Made by a program: the position numbers and the translations under genes | Notes under the pieces: generated by a model | Told to the model about the DNA's origin: nothing | What the model saw: the letters and a program-made list of their open reading frames with translations, nothing else | The model's database searches: none | Shown here: one piece after another, positions 42,701-52,599 of the stretch | Numbering within the stretch: the stretch's first letter is position 1 | Layout: each line of letters opens with the position of its first letter | Assembly (NCBI GenBank): GCA_002633005.1 | Contig: NMRA01000686.1 | Span: forward strand, 141,552-205,551 | Direction: 5' to 3' | Length of the DNA: 64,000 nucleotides | Source: Phoronis australis | Taxonomy: Eukaryota > Animalia > Phoronida

Positions 42701-45700
42701 ACTTTCCAATCTGAAAACATTAAATCGTGTATCACTCTATTTTATTTCCCAAGGTTGTCATTGAATGTTGTTTATTTAGTTTAGAACATTATCCAAGACC
42801 CTCGAGTTATTCTGGTGTAGATGAAATTGCAGCGATCTACTTAATAGTTTTGGACGAAATTCCAGTCCCACCATATTTCAATTCAAAAATAAATTTATCT
42901 ATATTCATGTGAAAATGTGAAGTGTCTTTATTCGGCCACTGAACATGAATAACAATCTCCAGGATAAGCTTCCAACAAATACATGCACTTCAATGGCTGT
43001 AAGCTGCCCTGCACAGTCACATTTCTCTGACCCAAATTTATAGTCAATATCACTCTTCAAGATTCGTGTACACACCCCTCTAGAATAGGAACTACCACAG
43101 CTCATAAACAATCAACGCCCCATTAAACATACATTGTTTTAAGATTGTTTCCACAAATATGTATCCCGCGAGCAGTATCTGAAAACAATGTATATATCAT
43201 TGCTTACATATTTTCTTTTTCTGTGTCCTTCACTACACTACATAAACAGTTAATTAATTTACACTTAAGTGACCTTGGCCATCAACACTTCAATCGCATA
43301 CGTGTACACACAGAAGACGAGATAGTTGAAAACAAATAGTCTATAGACTACACATATCTTTCCATTTTCTGAAATAATCAATGACAAATCGGTAATACAT
43401 GCACATTTCACTTCTTTTTCAAAAAATAATTCACATGTGAACTTAAACTACAGAACGCCTGTCATAGAAATCTATAGATACAAAGAAAACAGATAAGACC
43501 TGAGTTATCGTTGAAACGAGAATAAATCACCCAACTTATGATAATAACTTTCAAACAATAATGAAACGATAAATAATGTTGGCTATAACACACTCAAACA
43601 AGCCTTCCGTGGGCTTTGAACACTCGACAGTGGTTAGCCATTGGACTCGTGCAAAATAAACGCGAAGCCCATATTATTCAGATAACAAAACCGTTGCTCA
43701 TTTGCTGAGGTAGGTTAATCGAGTCCACTCTGTGCAGAGTAACCAGGTTCCAGGAAACGAATTTTCTCCGGGTCATGGCTCTGTTCAATAGGGTTTGACG
43801 ACGCTGTACATTACCTGTATTGAATACAGTTGTGAACAAACACGAAAAGCAAACTAAGGAGCGTTGCGTGTTCTTTGAAAGAGTAAATTGACATCGTTAC
43901 CAGAAGCTAGTTACTCACGGCATGTGTGGCTCAGAACTGAGGGTGACATTTCCACAGTAAGTTTCCCACCGAATGGGAACCGTTGTAATTTCTGACCCAA
44001 TACCCTTTGAAAGGATGTGACATTCATTTCTACAAAAGTGAACCTTTTCCGAATTGATTCGACACAAAAAGGCTCACCGTGTCTAGTTCGAAACACCAAC
44101 TGGAAAAAAGCTGTCAGCTTGTTCTTTTTTTATCTTCGTAATTCTGTAGAAATGATATTTTAATAAACTGTCGTTAAAACACTGGTGCTGAGTTTAGAAA
44201 AGACGGGTTTAAAAGGCAGTTGTCCTTGAATTTTTGCAAAAGTGTAGTATCATTTATTTAATCTATCTGGCTGAACGCATCTCCAGAATGGGTGACCTTT
44301 TCATGCCTGGGAGTTTTCCTGCAATTTGTTCCCCTTTTGGGGCAACCTCTCTAATGGGTGTGTATCATGACCCTAATTTTACACTGAGTAAAATGGCATC
44401 CCGTACTGCCCTCCCCCATTTTGATCGATAAGAGGACGGAATTTGTTATGAAAAACAGAAGGCACAACTGTCAGTATCACCGTTAAAAGTGCTGACTGTC
44501 CAGCCTGGTTGTGTTTGTGTCAGGTATCATAAAAATCCCAAGAGTTAATTAAGTAATACCGCTCGGCAGTACGCAGTACGTGTCAAATCTTGATAACAAA
44601 AGACCCATGCAAAATGTCAAAATCTGGCAAATTTTGGAGCATCTTAAATGAATCTTACAAAAGTAGATCGGAATTGTTCGCTTCTCCCCCATACTATGCT
44701 TTATGTACTATTCTCCAAAACACTTTTAGGGGATATTTTATAAAAGTTACACATTGTACGAGTGGGGTATAAAAGTAGGACTTCTGAAGTTGCATGACAC
44801 GAACAGGAATTGCTATTTCAGAACGCATTGAAATCCCCCGTTTTGAACATTGATATCAAACTAGCGCTAACTCGTGAGGTGAAGAGTGCGCCCCCCGGCG
44901 GCCGGTTGACACTGCCTAGGCGCCCAGCTCGGTCTACTATAAGGGTTCCGTGGATTGATGCACCAATGGTCGATAGCAGTGTGATTGCCACTCCCCCCCC
45001 CCCCCCCNGGCCCCTCCCCCTTTGTCGACACCTCTTTGCCCTCCCTGTCGACGGTTCTATTTGGCGCCCTCATATTGATCGGGTTTCGACCTGCTTGGTG
45101 CCCCCCCTGGCGCCCATCAGGTGTCCTCTCGGCCTCCCCTTCTGCAGGCACTTGGGAGCTGCAAGCCTTCCCTGAACCCCACTTGCTACGCTACCCCTAT
45201 CATGTGAGTCAAGGAAAGTCAAGTGTGCGCAACACCAACCAGGACCCAAAGCCCACAGACTAATCACCCTTCAACCTATAATGGACTATTCCGTGAAGCA
45301 AGGGGTCAACGGGAGTGTTCAAAGGTCAACTGCATTAAAAAAACACAAGGGCTTGCCATGGTGAAAACGACCTTACGAATACAATTGTTCACAACAGCAC
45401 CTGGATAGGCAGGCAGTTTTATGACGCTTAGTCGCACAACACAAAACACTCAGTGGAGCCTCCACGGCCAAAAATCGTGTTTAACTAAAAAGCATGCAAA
45501 TAGTGTCTTTGCTTTGGTCGGTTTCAAAATGCAAGTAAATAGTGACTTCACTTGACGTAACGAAGGGGGTTGCATAATGTTGCCTGTCTAAAAGTTTGGC
45601 TGCATCTAAAATTGCCGGAAGTAGTCCTTTTACACTGGACCACTCCGAAGCTCCGCCCCTCGTTTGCTGTGACGCTGGAAAATTCCCAGCTCACGCCATA

Positions 45701-46065
45701 TTTTGTGACTGCACAAGGCCATTGCAAGGGTAAATGGGGGACTAATTTAAAACTGTTGTTTTTTAATGTGACCCGAGTTTGGATCTCAAACTGTACATGC
45801 TGTAATATCTAATCAAAATATCTTTACAAATTCATAAAACTTAGGTTGTGATGTTATAATTATAATGTCAGCTAGACCGGTTGTGAATATAGCGCCTAGG
45901 CGGATTAAACAATCAAATTTCGATAAACATATTCAGCATAAAACAAATAAAAGACGAGGACCCAAACATGTTTCAAGGACGACGAAATGAGGGAGTTTAG
46001 ACTCTCACCTCTAGCAGTTCTTCCCTACTGAGACGAACGCCGCCTGATTTTTTGCTCTCAGCCAT
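9410..46065 (-). CDS. Spliced 12-exon gene: ankyrin-repeat + FAM111-like trypsin-fold serine protease, 628 aa
   Basis: Exons 46065-46009, 37923-37831, 24271-24176, 23613-23512, 23150-23052, 22691-22590, 22043-21942, 15387-15304, 14898-14616, 14484-14254, 11240-10915, 9721-9410. All introns are GT-AG with matching phases. The total is 1887 nt, one uninterrupted frame from ATG to stop. Contains ankyrin TPLH/TALH motifs and protease motifs GSGFRVG..MTNCHVV, LDVAIV, GHPDG.K..D, GSSGSP and MHTSG. Confidence 0.88.
10915..11240 (-). CDS. Exon 11, protease core with catalytic Asp (DDLDVAIV) and FAM111-type GHPDGHEKVLD
   Basis: ctgtttcag|TT acceptor and CAG|gtacac donor, phase 1-0. Same frame as track ORF 10810-11301. 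Confidence 0.9.
13916..14178. mobile_element. MITE in intron 10, 15-bp TIRs, imperfect 5-bp TSD
   Basis: TIRs catgcgtgcacccag / ctgggtgcgtgcatg. Flanks catat / catac. Confidence 0.75.
14254..14484 (-). CDS. Exon 10, poly-Pro linker and start of protease domain with catalytic His (MTNCHVV)
   Basis: tttcag|AT acceptor and CCG C|gtaagt donor, phase 1-1. Contains PSVVLL..GLGSGFRVGPTYVMTNCHVV. Confidence 0.9.
14616..14898 (-). CDS. Exon 9, linker (KQMELQRDITKLEKKHG...GVNTRLS)
   Basis: ttttcag|AAG acceptor and TCG G|gtaaat donor, phase 0-1. Same frame as track ORF 14608-14892. Confidence 0.8.
15304..15387 (-). CDS. Exon 8, C-cap ankyrin repeat: ENKTALDVCGIYGYADKDEVKKTKTILK
   Basis: tttacag|GAA acceptor and AAG|gtactc donor. 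TALD capping-repeat motif, phase 0-0. Confidence 0.8.
21942..22043 (-). CDS. Exon 7, ankyrin repeat: SGDTPLHNASERGRTEVVKLLCRESGCDVNTVNK
   Basis: ctgtag|TCG acceptor and AAG|gtatcg donor. 102 nt, phase 0-0. Confidence 0.92.
22590..22691 (-). CDS. Exon 6, ankyrin repeat: MGVTPLHMAAEGGHTETVKVMLAHKASVDVRDML
   Basis: tag|ATG acceptor and TTG|gtaagt donor. 102 nt, phase 0-0. Confidence 0.92.
23052..23150 (-). CDS. Exon 5, ankyrin repeat: EGRTPLHRAAECGHTDVVKAMLANKASVDVRDV
   Basis: tag|GAG acceptor and GTG|gtaagt donor. 99 nt, phase 0-0. Confidence 0.92.
23512..23613 (-). CDS. Exon 4, ankyrin repeat: LGGTPLHMAALWGHTDTVKVLLANKASVDVRDYV
   Basis: tag|TTG acceptor and GTG|gtaagt donor. 102 nt, phase 0-0. 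Confidence 0.92.
24176..24271 (-). CDS. Exon 3, ankyrin repeat: GQTALHIATEEGRTELVRVLVQGGADVDVRDE
   Basis: ttctgcag|GGC acceptor and GAG|gtaata donor. Canonical ankyrin consensus, phase 0-0. Confidence 0.92.
25350..25516. repeat. Local degenerate duplication (~107-bp period)
   Basis: gaag..ttgc.tt.aaaatg.agcactt..c.g.cagttttcacgtgta.acgcgat.aa.tgataca occurs twice. Confidence 0.75.
26388..27310 (-). mobile_element. 5'-truncated L2/CR1-group LINE (RT C-terminus, 3' UTR, microsatellite tail), frameshifted
   Basis: FKYLGLTLDPNLKFNMHIDHITKKLSKKIGVLKRL..TLKTLYHSIIQPHIDYCLPVWG, then a frameshift to KRSFIYAAAVMWNSF. (AATA)n tail at ~26388-26414. Confidence 0.9.
31356..31488. mobile_element. Short MITE of the (C/T)AG(T/G)GGCGGAT family
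   Basis: taggggcggatcca ... aaatctgccacta termini. Interior resembles the reverse complement of 60922-61083. Confidence 0.65.
34819..37078. mobile_element. hAT5-like MITE (CAG..CTG ends, ~5-bp TSD) interrupted by a nested 2-kb TIR element
   Basis: Termini cagttgcggattt and aatcctggatctgcccctg. Flanks aaaac / acaac. The paralog has the empty site (cacgcctaataacagagtctc, ~566-586). Confidence 0.8.
34902..36933 (+). mobile_element. Non-autonomous ~2-kb TIR DNA transposon, copy 1
   Basis: TIRs cggctaaatcacaatcaaggtccatattc / gaataaggaccttgattgtgatttgcccg. About 8 internal GTAGTGTACGTACCCC-like motifs. No ORF of note. Confidence 0.88.
37831..37923 (-). CDS. Exon 2, N-cap ankyrin repeat: VERAAWNGDCTTLEKYLKSGWDVNQQLNNLL
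   Basis: tttcag|GTT acceptor and TTA|gtaagt donor, phase 0-0. Has AAxxG..L..G.DVN ankyrin pattern. Joins to GQTALH of the next exon. Homologous exon at 1556-1467. Confidence 0.85.
38030..38370 (+). mobile_element. 3' end fragment of an L1/Tx1-like LINE ORF2
   Basis: ILLLAKQYVYKERC..P.F..F...E...A......RFSAKWEKF resembles the L1/Tx1 ORF2 C-terminus. It is followed by a T-rich 3' UTR and aataaa. Confidence 0.6.
40053..41922 (-). mobile_element. Non-autonomous ~2-kb TIR DNA transposon, copy 2 (inverted relative to copy 1), TSD TAT
   Basis: Termini cgggcaaatcacagtcaagatccatatt and aatatggaccttgactgtcatttagccg. Flanks tat / tat. Has an internal ~340-bp duplication and an internal deletion. Confidence 0.88.
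46009..46065 (-). CDS. Exon 1 (start): MAESKKSGGVRLSREELLE
   Basis: ATG at 46065, donor GAG|gtgaga, phase 0. The same 57-nt exon with ATG and donor is conserved in the paralog at 4573-4517. Confidence 0.8.
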
Positions 46066-46615
46066 ATCCAAGTCTGGTCTTGTCGGTAGCTGTCGTTAAT
46101 CTGCGCCGAAAGATAACACAGTAGTTTCTGTTTGAATGGGTTTTTCCAAGTTTCGATGCGTCACATGCCAACCAACACAATAGATGTAGGCGTTCACGAG
46201 TATAAGGTCGCTAAACAAATTCACAAACTAGTACTTGTGAATCTGATTTTAATAGCCAAATTTGGTCGAGTAACAATCAAAGATTCCTCCATCGAACTCC
46301 TGGTTTTTCTATGAAAATTTTCGGATTAAACTTAGAACTATATTTTTGCGATATTTTATTGCGCGCGTAGATTATGACCAAGTTACTGCCAGATTTTGGA
46401 ACTCTTTCGTTTAGTGAAATAAGAATTTGGAGCATTGTCTGCCAACCAAAACAAATTATATTTCACGAGCCACGGCACTATTGTGTATTTCCGTGGGATG
46501 CTAGTGAATACTGTAGTAAGTGCATCGGAATATTAGAAGCATGTGATTGTGACACTGGCCGATAAGACATTTTATTGTTATTTTCCCGTGTTTTTAACTC
46601 CATAATATCCGCCTA

Positions 46616-49093
46616 AGGTGGCGGATCTACGGGGTGGGGTTCTGGGGGCAAAATCCCGGAGATCAATTGTGCGCGCGCTTCCGTCGACACTTCTGAAGTA
46701 GCCAAGCATTTTAGATGGATCCACCGCTGAAAGAGCAGCTCTATAGCTGATTCTTTAGGTTACTAGTTTCTTTACTCTAAGATATGTTTTTGATTTGATT
46801 AGGGTAAATACTGTGGTGCCGATACACTGATATTCAACCTTTTTTACCTCATCTGTCATGCCATGTCATCCTATTACACCTCACACGTTTGTAACTCGAA
46901 TTTGTATAGTCAAAGTTGTCTTGCGCAATATCACACAGTGTACATGTACATGTAAATGTAATACTTTTGAAAATAATTCGTTTTCCGAAGAATTGCTATT
47001 GTAGCGGGTGCCGTGGTCTGGTCGCCAGTCTGTTTGAAGATGCACTGTAACAAGTTATGTCTGTACAAGGAATGAGCAAGGGGGCACCCACATTGACAAA
47101 TTTTCCGCATTCGCGAACAGTGCACAGTACCAGAAATTGCGGTGAGGCTGTATTTTCACAACAGTCTTGCGGGACTTGTGCGATGTTCAATAGGCCCCCT
47201 AAGGAGCCCTAGTGCCGACCTCAACAAATACCGTCTCTCTACCTGCAATAAGCACCACTGCCGTTTTTTATACTGGGAATTTCCGCAGAAAGGCCCACCC
47301 GCCCATGGGCATTTATTTGACTTTAGTACTTTGGGTTTCAAGCGTTCAGACATTGGGACGTTTATTTTGAAAATTGCAAGAGATGCAAATGGGTCCTGGG
47401 ATACATCGTCAAGGTTTGAAGTAGTAGATGATGAACGGATCACATTTAGTTGCGCATGCTGTAAGTCTTTTGAATGGACTTGCCAACCTCAGGGGTCTTC
47501 AGTAGTGACAACTGAGCTGCGAAACGAGATGCTGACATTGTAGAGGCGTGCATGTACAACCTCATTGACACAGCAGTTCACAAAGTGCAAGTGTTAGGAA
47601 CAAACGTCGAAGAGGTCTGGGTAGAATGGTTCCAAGAGGAGCAAACCATTGGATCCGATGTACAGTTTCCTCGGCAGTCTAGACAACAGAAAGATAGGAC
47701 CAACGTTCCAGGAGAAACACCCAGGTAAAAAGTTATAATTCTACACAGTTTGTAATAATGTCGGTTTTGTATGTTGAGTACAATGAAAACGAAATAGAAA
47801 TTATTTTTGGACATGCCAAATTTACCCAGTACAGCAGAGGGTCTACGAGTGCACAGAAACTGATTCTGGTTTGTAATTCTACTTGAGTTTATCTGCTTCA
47901 TATCCAAAATCTATTTCACGTAGTGCGTAGTTAAATCTGTACTCAATATTTGTTTCTTCCAGTGAGTACTACAGAACGGTGCGAAAACCCTTCCTAGACC
48001 TCTCGCAGCAGTTGACCACCAGATGTGTAAACTACACGTACATGAGCAAACACTGGGGATTAAAAAGTGTCTAGAGAGAAGTTTTCAATTCAATTTTTTT
48101 GCAAAGTACGTTTTAGGTCTCGCGACGGACCAGGCCAGCTTGATTTGTGTAGATATCGAGTTTCAGTTTAGTTCTGGTCCCTCTGAGAACTAGTGTGGTG
48201 ATGTTTTTTACCAAAGCGTGCTTTGTAAAACTATTTATTTCAGCTGTTTGGTCCCGCAACAGATTGACTATTATATAGGGATAATAAGCCCAGGTGTACT
48301 TTTGGTATCGTGACGGACCAGGTCAGAGTTTTTGTGTACTCTCAGTGTACATCTGGTCTCTCTGCGAACTGCTACTGTATATCTTTTCACCACTGTGTAA
48401 AGAATGTTTTGATTTCGTGAAACTGTTTTCAGATGATTTGTTTCATGATACATTTGACGTTTTTCAATTGTTGTCAACGTGATTCAGTTTAATAAAGTGA
48501 TAATTATTTATTGTCGTTTTGATAATAGACTCTGAGCTGAGAGCAGCATCGTTCGCCAGTTTTTCACGTAACGAGACAGAACACATGTTTATTTACGGAC
48601 TAACAGTCTTCGTTCTTAAACAGCTTGAGGCTGTTGCGATCATCTGATATTCAAGTTTTTACGCCCCGTCGGTGCTCCTTATGCTCTTGAATATTTGGTA
48701 GTTGTCTAACCACTGTATACACACCACACTTTTTCGTATGCTAAAAAGGTGTGTGTAAGCAGATGTTCCAACAAAAATTTTTGCTGGTGATGTGACTCAT
48801 ACCCAGATGTGCAAAAATATGGTTTCACAAAACTTATGAGCCAAGTTCATGTGACGAAATAGAGAAGGGTTTTTATTTATCTTAAGAAAAACTCCAGGGA
48901 CATGTTAAGTGCCAGAAACGTACCAGGATACATGTAAATTTCACTGTTTGGCTACAAAAACAAAACAAGTTGTTTTAAACGGGAGGGGGGTTTACCCCGA
49001 CCTCCTCCCCCCCCCGCTCGGCGTCATGCGCCACGGATTCGACCGTTGCGGGAACTCCTGAACCCCCCTTACTGAAAACGTAGATCCGCCATT
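46616..49093. mobile_element. ~2.5-kb repeat bounded by TGGCGGATCTACG / CGTAGATCCGCCA termini, with a decayed coding-like interior
   Basis: 46840-48930 aligns to 61800-63470. Homology with the second copy ends exactly at aaaacgtagatccgcca(t/c)tg. No clean TSD. Confidence 0.6.
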
Positions 49094-50559
49094 GACCCTC
49101 GATCTGGTTATTGTGACACATTGCTCTCACTGTCTCTGGACTGGTTTAGTCGAATTATTGACTCATGACAGCGTTTTCCCGTTCAGTGACTTTACCAGAC
49201 GTAGGGGGTTCTGAGCGTGTGATAACATCTAGCTTCTTTGTTAACTGCCAACACAGTCTTATTTGTCTGTTATGGCAACAGGCAGGCCAATCAGTTTATT
49301 ACAGACCACGTGCGAACACTGTCAAACCCTGAGTGAATTGATACATTCCGAAAGAATAGATTATCGTAACTTCGGTTGCAGTTGGGCTATTTTAGCGATT
49401 CAAAAACTAAACATGACCACCATTTGACGACGATTTCAGAAATCCTATTGGTATATGTTCAAATATGCCATAACTCAACTTATATTTTTAACAGCACAAC
49501 CCAGTCAGGCTAGATACGATCTTATTGAAGATTAGAGCTGGCCCTTCAACAATGAATGTCAGAATGGAGTTAATCAGTGGTGTAAGATATTGGCTACAGG
49601 GGTAAACTTCCCAACTTGTTGTTGGGCTATAGAATCGAACAAGTTGGGAGCAACGGGAACTAACGCCGTAATGGGCACTGCCAAATGCAGAGGCCGGCGG
49701 GAACTTTAGTTTAGTTGGTTGTACCTTTCGCTGTGTGATGAAACTTTGAACCATCAAAGTTGTGACGTGCTTAATATTGAGTGTTATGCCCAGTAACCTC
49801 TGAGTTGAATCTGCCATTTATTGAGTTCTGTGGATCTCTTAATGTTTCGCGCCATTGGCATTGTGCCTGGGTTGTGTTTACGCGTGTTTTGTGACTGCAT
49901 CTGCCATCCTTTGTTAGAACATTACTGGATATTTGATCGTCATGCCATGTACTTGACCCATGCACTACATGTACAGTAGATACTTTGGGGACGGTGAATG
50001 GGCCGCATAACCAGAAATTAATGACGGTCAATGCTTTTGCATTCTCTGTCGACAACCGCCGAAAAATCAGATGACCACATGTACAGTGGGAAAGGTTACA
50101 AATGTGCAAGTGCGCACGAAGGGGGGGGGGGGGTCGNGGGGTCGAACGCGTGCTTGATGTCTGCTGCAGAGTGGATTGAGTTTAGATGCAGAGAGTGCAT
50201 TGGCTGCAGTTATTTTGTGTAAAGAATCCATGGAGAAGAAATGTATTGCAACTGCTCGTTAGTGATTTCAAGATACACGGTCGATGGTTGGTGTCGATGA
50301 ATCGGGCCAATGAAGTAGTTTTCTGCCTAAAAAAGCTAACAATTGATATAACAAGCTGGAATCACTAAGCCAGCGCTCTTGAGTGAGTGTTTTCTTTTAT
50401 TGTAGCTCTCAGTTGTTTAGAACAGTGTTTGCTGGACTGTGCAGGTGGCTGGTCTGATCCTGAATCCAGGTTCGACTACTGGACTGTGATTTGAGTTGAT
50501 AATTTGAATCCACGGTGGGGCATAATATCCCACCTCCCTTCGTGGATCCTACCACCAGA

Positions 50560-51030
50560 TGTCAGATAGTGGTGTCCAAGAAATCAAAATCTACAGCCCA
50601 CGGCAATGGTTGCATGCCCTCACAATGGAAGACGTTTTTATCTTCAAATTCCAACAGGGAAACCTTTACATTTTCCTGTAATATGTGGCAACATATTGAC
50701 CTTTCAAACGTTGGACGAGACCTTTGCTTCACTCATGGGGAAAAGTGCTACTTGCTAGGATTCCAGAATGTTAGACAACTGGCCTCTGACCGTGAAGAAG
50801 CTGACACCAGAATGCATGTTCATGCTTTTCAAGCATGTCTTTCACATGATAACGTCACCATTTGAAGACCGGACTCAGATGGGGGAGTAATAGTTGTGTA
50901 TCTTGAAGACAAGTATTGCTTCAGTACATCAGACTAACTGCAGGGTAACTGTTGTTGAGAAAGCGGTTGACAGTTTCTCATCACACGTCTGCTCAGCTCT
51001 GATTGGCTGACATGTTTCTACTGGTAAGGC
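50560..51030 (+). mobile_element. Decayed Academ-like (XPG/FEN nuclease domain) transposase fragment
   Basis: PSQWKTFLSSNSNR..REEADTRMHVHA..TI*RPDSD..CSALIG*HVSTG matches the EEADTR / DxD / LIGxHxxTG motifs of AcademX XPG domains. In-frame stops are present. Confidence 0.65.
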
Positions 51031-51169
51031 TTATTGCTCAGCTCTGATTGGCTGGCATGTCTCTACTAGTAAGGCTTATTGCTCAGCTCTGATTGGCTGG
51101 CATGTCTCTACAGGTAAGGCTTATTGCTCAGCTCTGATTGACTGGCATGTCTCCACAGGTAAGGCTTAT
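50990..51169 (+). repeat. Minisatellite, 4 x 45 bp
   Basis: tgctcagctctgattggctggcatgtctctac(t/a)ggtaaggcttat starts at 50990, 51035, 51080 and 51125. Confidence 0.97.
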
Positions 51170-52037
51170 TCTAATCTCAGTAAAATCCATATGACATATA
51201 AATTGGGTTTGGTAGAATAACAATTGAAAGGATGAAAATTTACTGCAGACTTGTTAATTACTTGTCATCGGCTGTTTAATCAGTAACAATAACACAATGC
51301 TTCGACTTATGCAGATAAAAAATTATGCACAATAGATTTTATTGTAAAAAAAGTATTTAAAAGGGCACTAAAGTCAATCTTGCCGATGAAAATTTTTTAA
51401 GGATATCTCAACCCAAGAATTAGCTATTTTACAATATTTCACGTGTGTCTAGCAAAATACCTTATATTCATTCTAGGGGAGCTTCAAATACTAGATATGA
51501 AGAGCGTAGCGGGAAAAAAGATTTAGCAGAATCACCTAAGGACTGAACAACCCCGTGCCACTGGATATTTATTTACTACTTACCCGAGGTAAAAGGTTAA
51601 AGGGCGGTCACTGAAATCGAATCTTCCGCCAGGTACTCTACACTGCCGCTTTGTATACCCTCAGTGCTATCATTCACCAAGTCGCTATAACATTGAGTCG
51701 TTTTGCGTTAGAAATCGAACGAGCAGACTAATCAAAAATTCCTAACAGCGTTTTTGAGGTAACTGGTGAAGTTTTCGTTTAAAAAAAAGTTTCGTTAAAA
51801 TCAACCGAGGGGTTATTTTGCTATGAATGTACCTTCGCACGTGATAATCAAAAGTGTTTGAACGAGGGCGAAGCACATCATGAATCAGATGTAACATGAT
51901 AACACACAGGTATAAACACGTGCGTTGTAGAACATATCCTATGCGCCCCACGGAATATTCTTTACTCGGATTGCTCCGCTTGTTTTGGTGTCGCTTATCA
52001 ATGATGATCGCAGATCGCCTCACACGACTGACGTATA

Positions 52038-52204
52038 CAGTGGCGGATTTAGAGGGGGCCAAGGGGGCCATGACCCCCTAAAACTCTCCCGGATTCCATT
52101 TGGAAACTCGGGGATGGGACGTTCTGACGGGCAAAATCTCTGCTAATACTCTGCTCTGCCCCCCCCCCCCTCCCCCCTAACTCAAAATCCTGGATGCGCC
52201 CCTG
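52038..52204. mobile_element. hAT5-like MITE with perfect 5-bp TSD GTATA
   Basis: gtata|cagtggcggattt ... aatcctggatgcgcccctg|gtata. Confidence 0.85.
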
Positions 52205-52599
52205 GTATACATGTACGTGCACAACATATTTTGTATGAATAATTTTGCAGCGTGCATGACACGGCAGTTCAAGTTGTATTTTACAGCAGCTACAGGCTTG
52301 GGGTGCATATCTGCTATTTTCAGTATTTTCCTCAACCTATTTCTAAATCGAAGTTTGCTTAATAAATTTCTGACAATTTTTCTTTACTATCTATGAGCAA
52401 TATCTGCAGGACACCCGTTGCAGACGTTGTGGCTGATGCACGTTAATTCAGACTCTCCTTGCTCCTTGAGCGCGGTTCTTATCCTTTTAAGGTAGAAAGA
52501 ATTCCGAAATTTTGTCATCAAATTGAAAAAATACAGTGTTTACTGCAATTGCAATTTTCCTTTTGGGCCTTACGTATTTTGATTGTTTTGAGAACGAAT

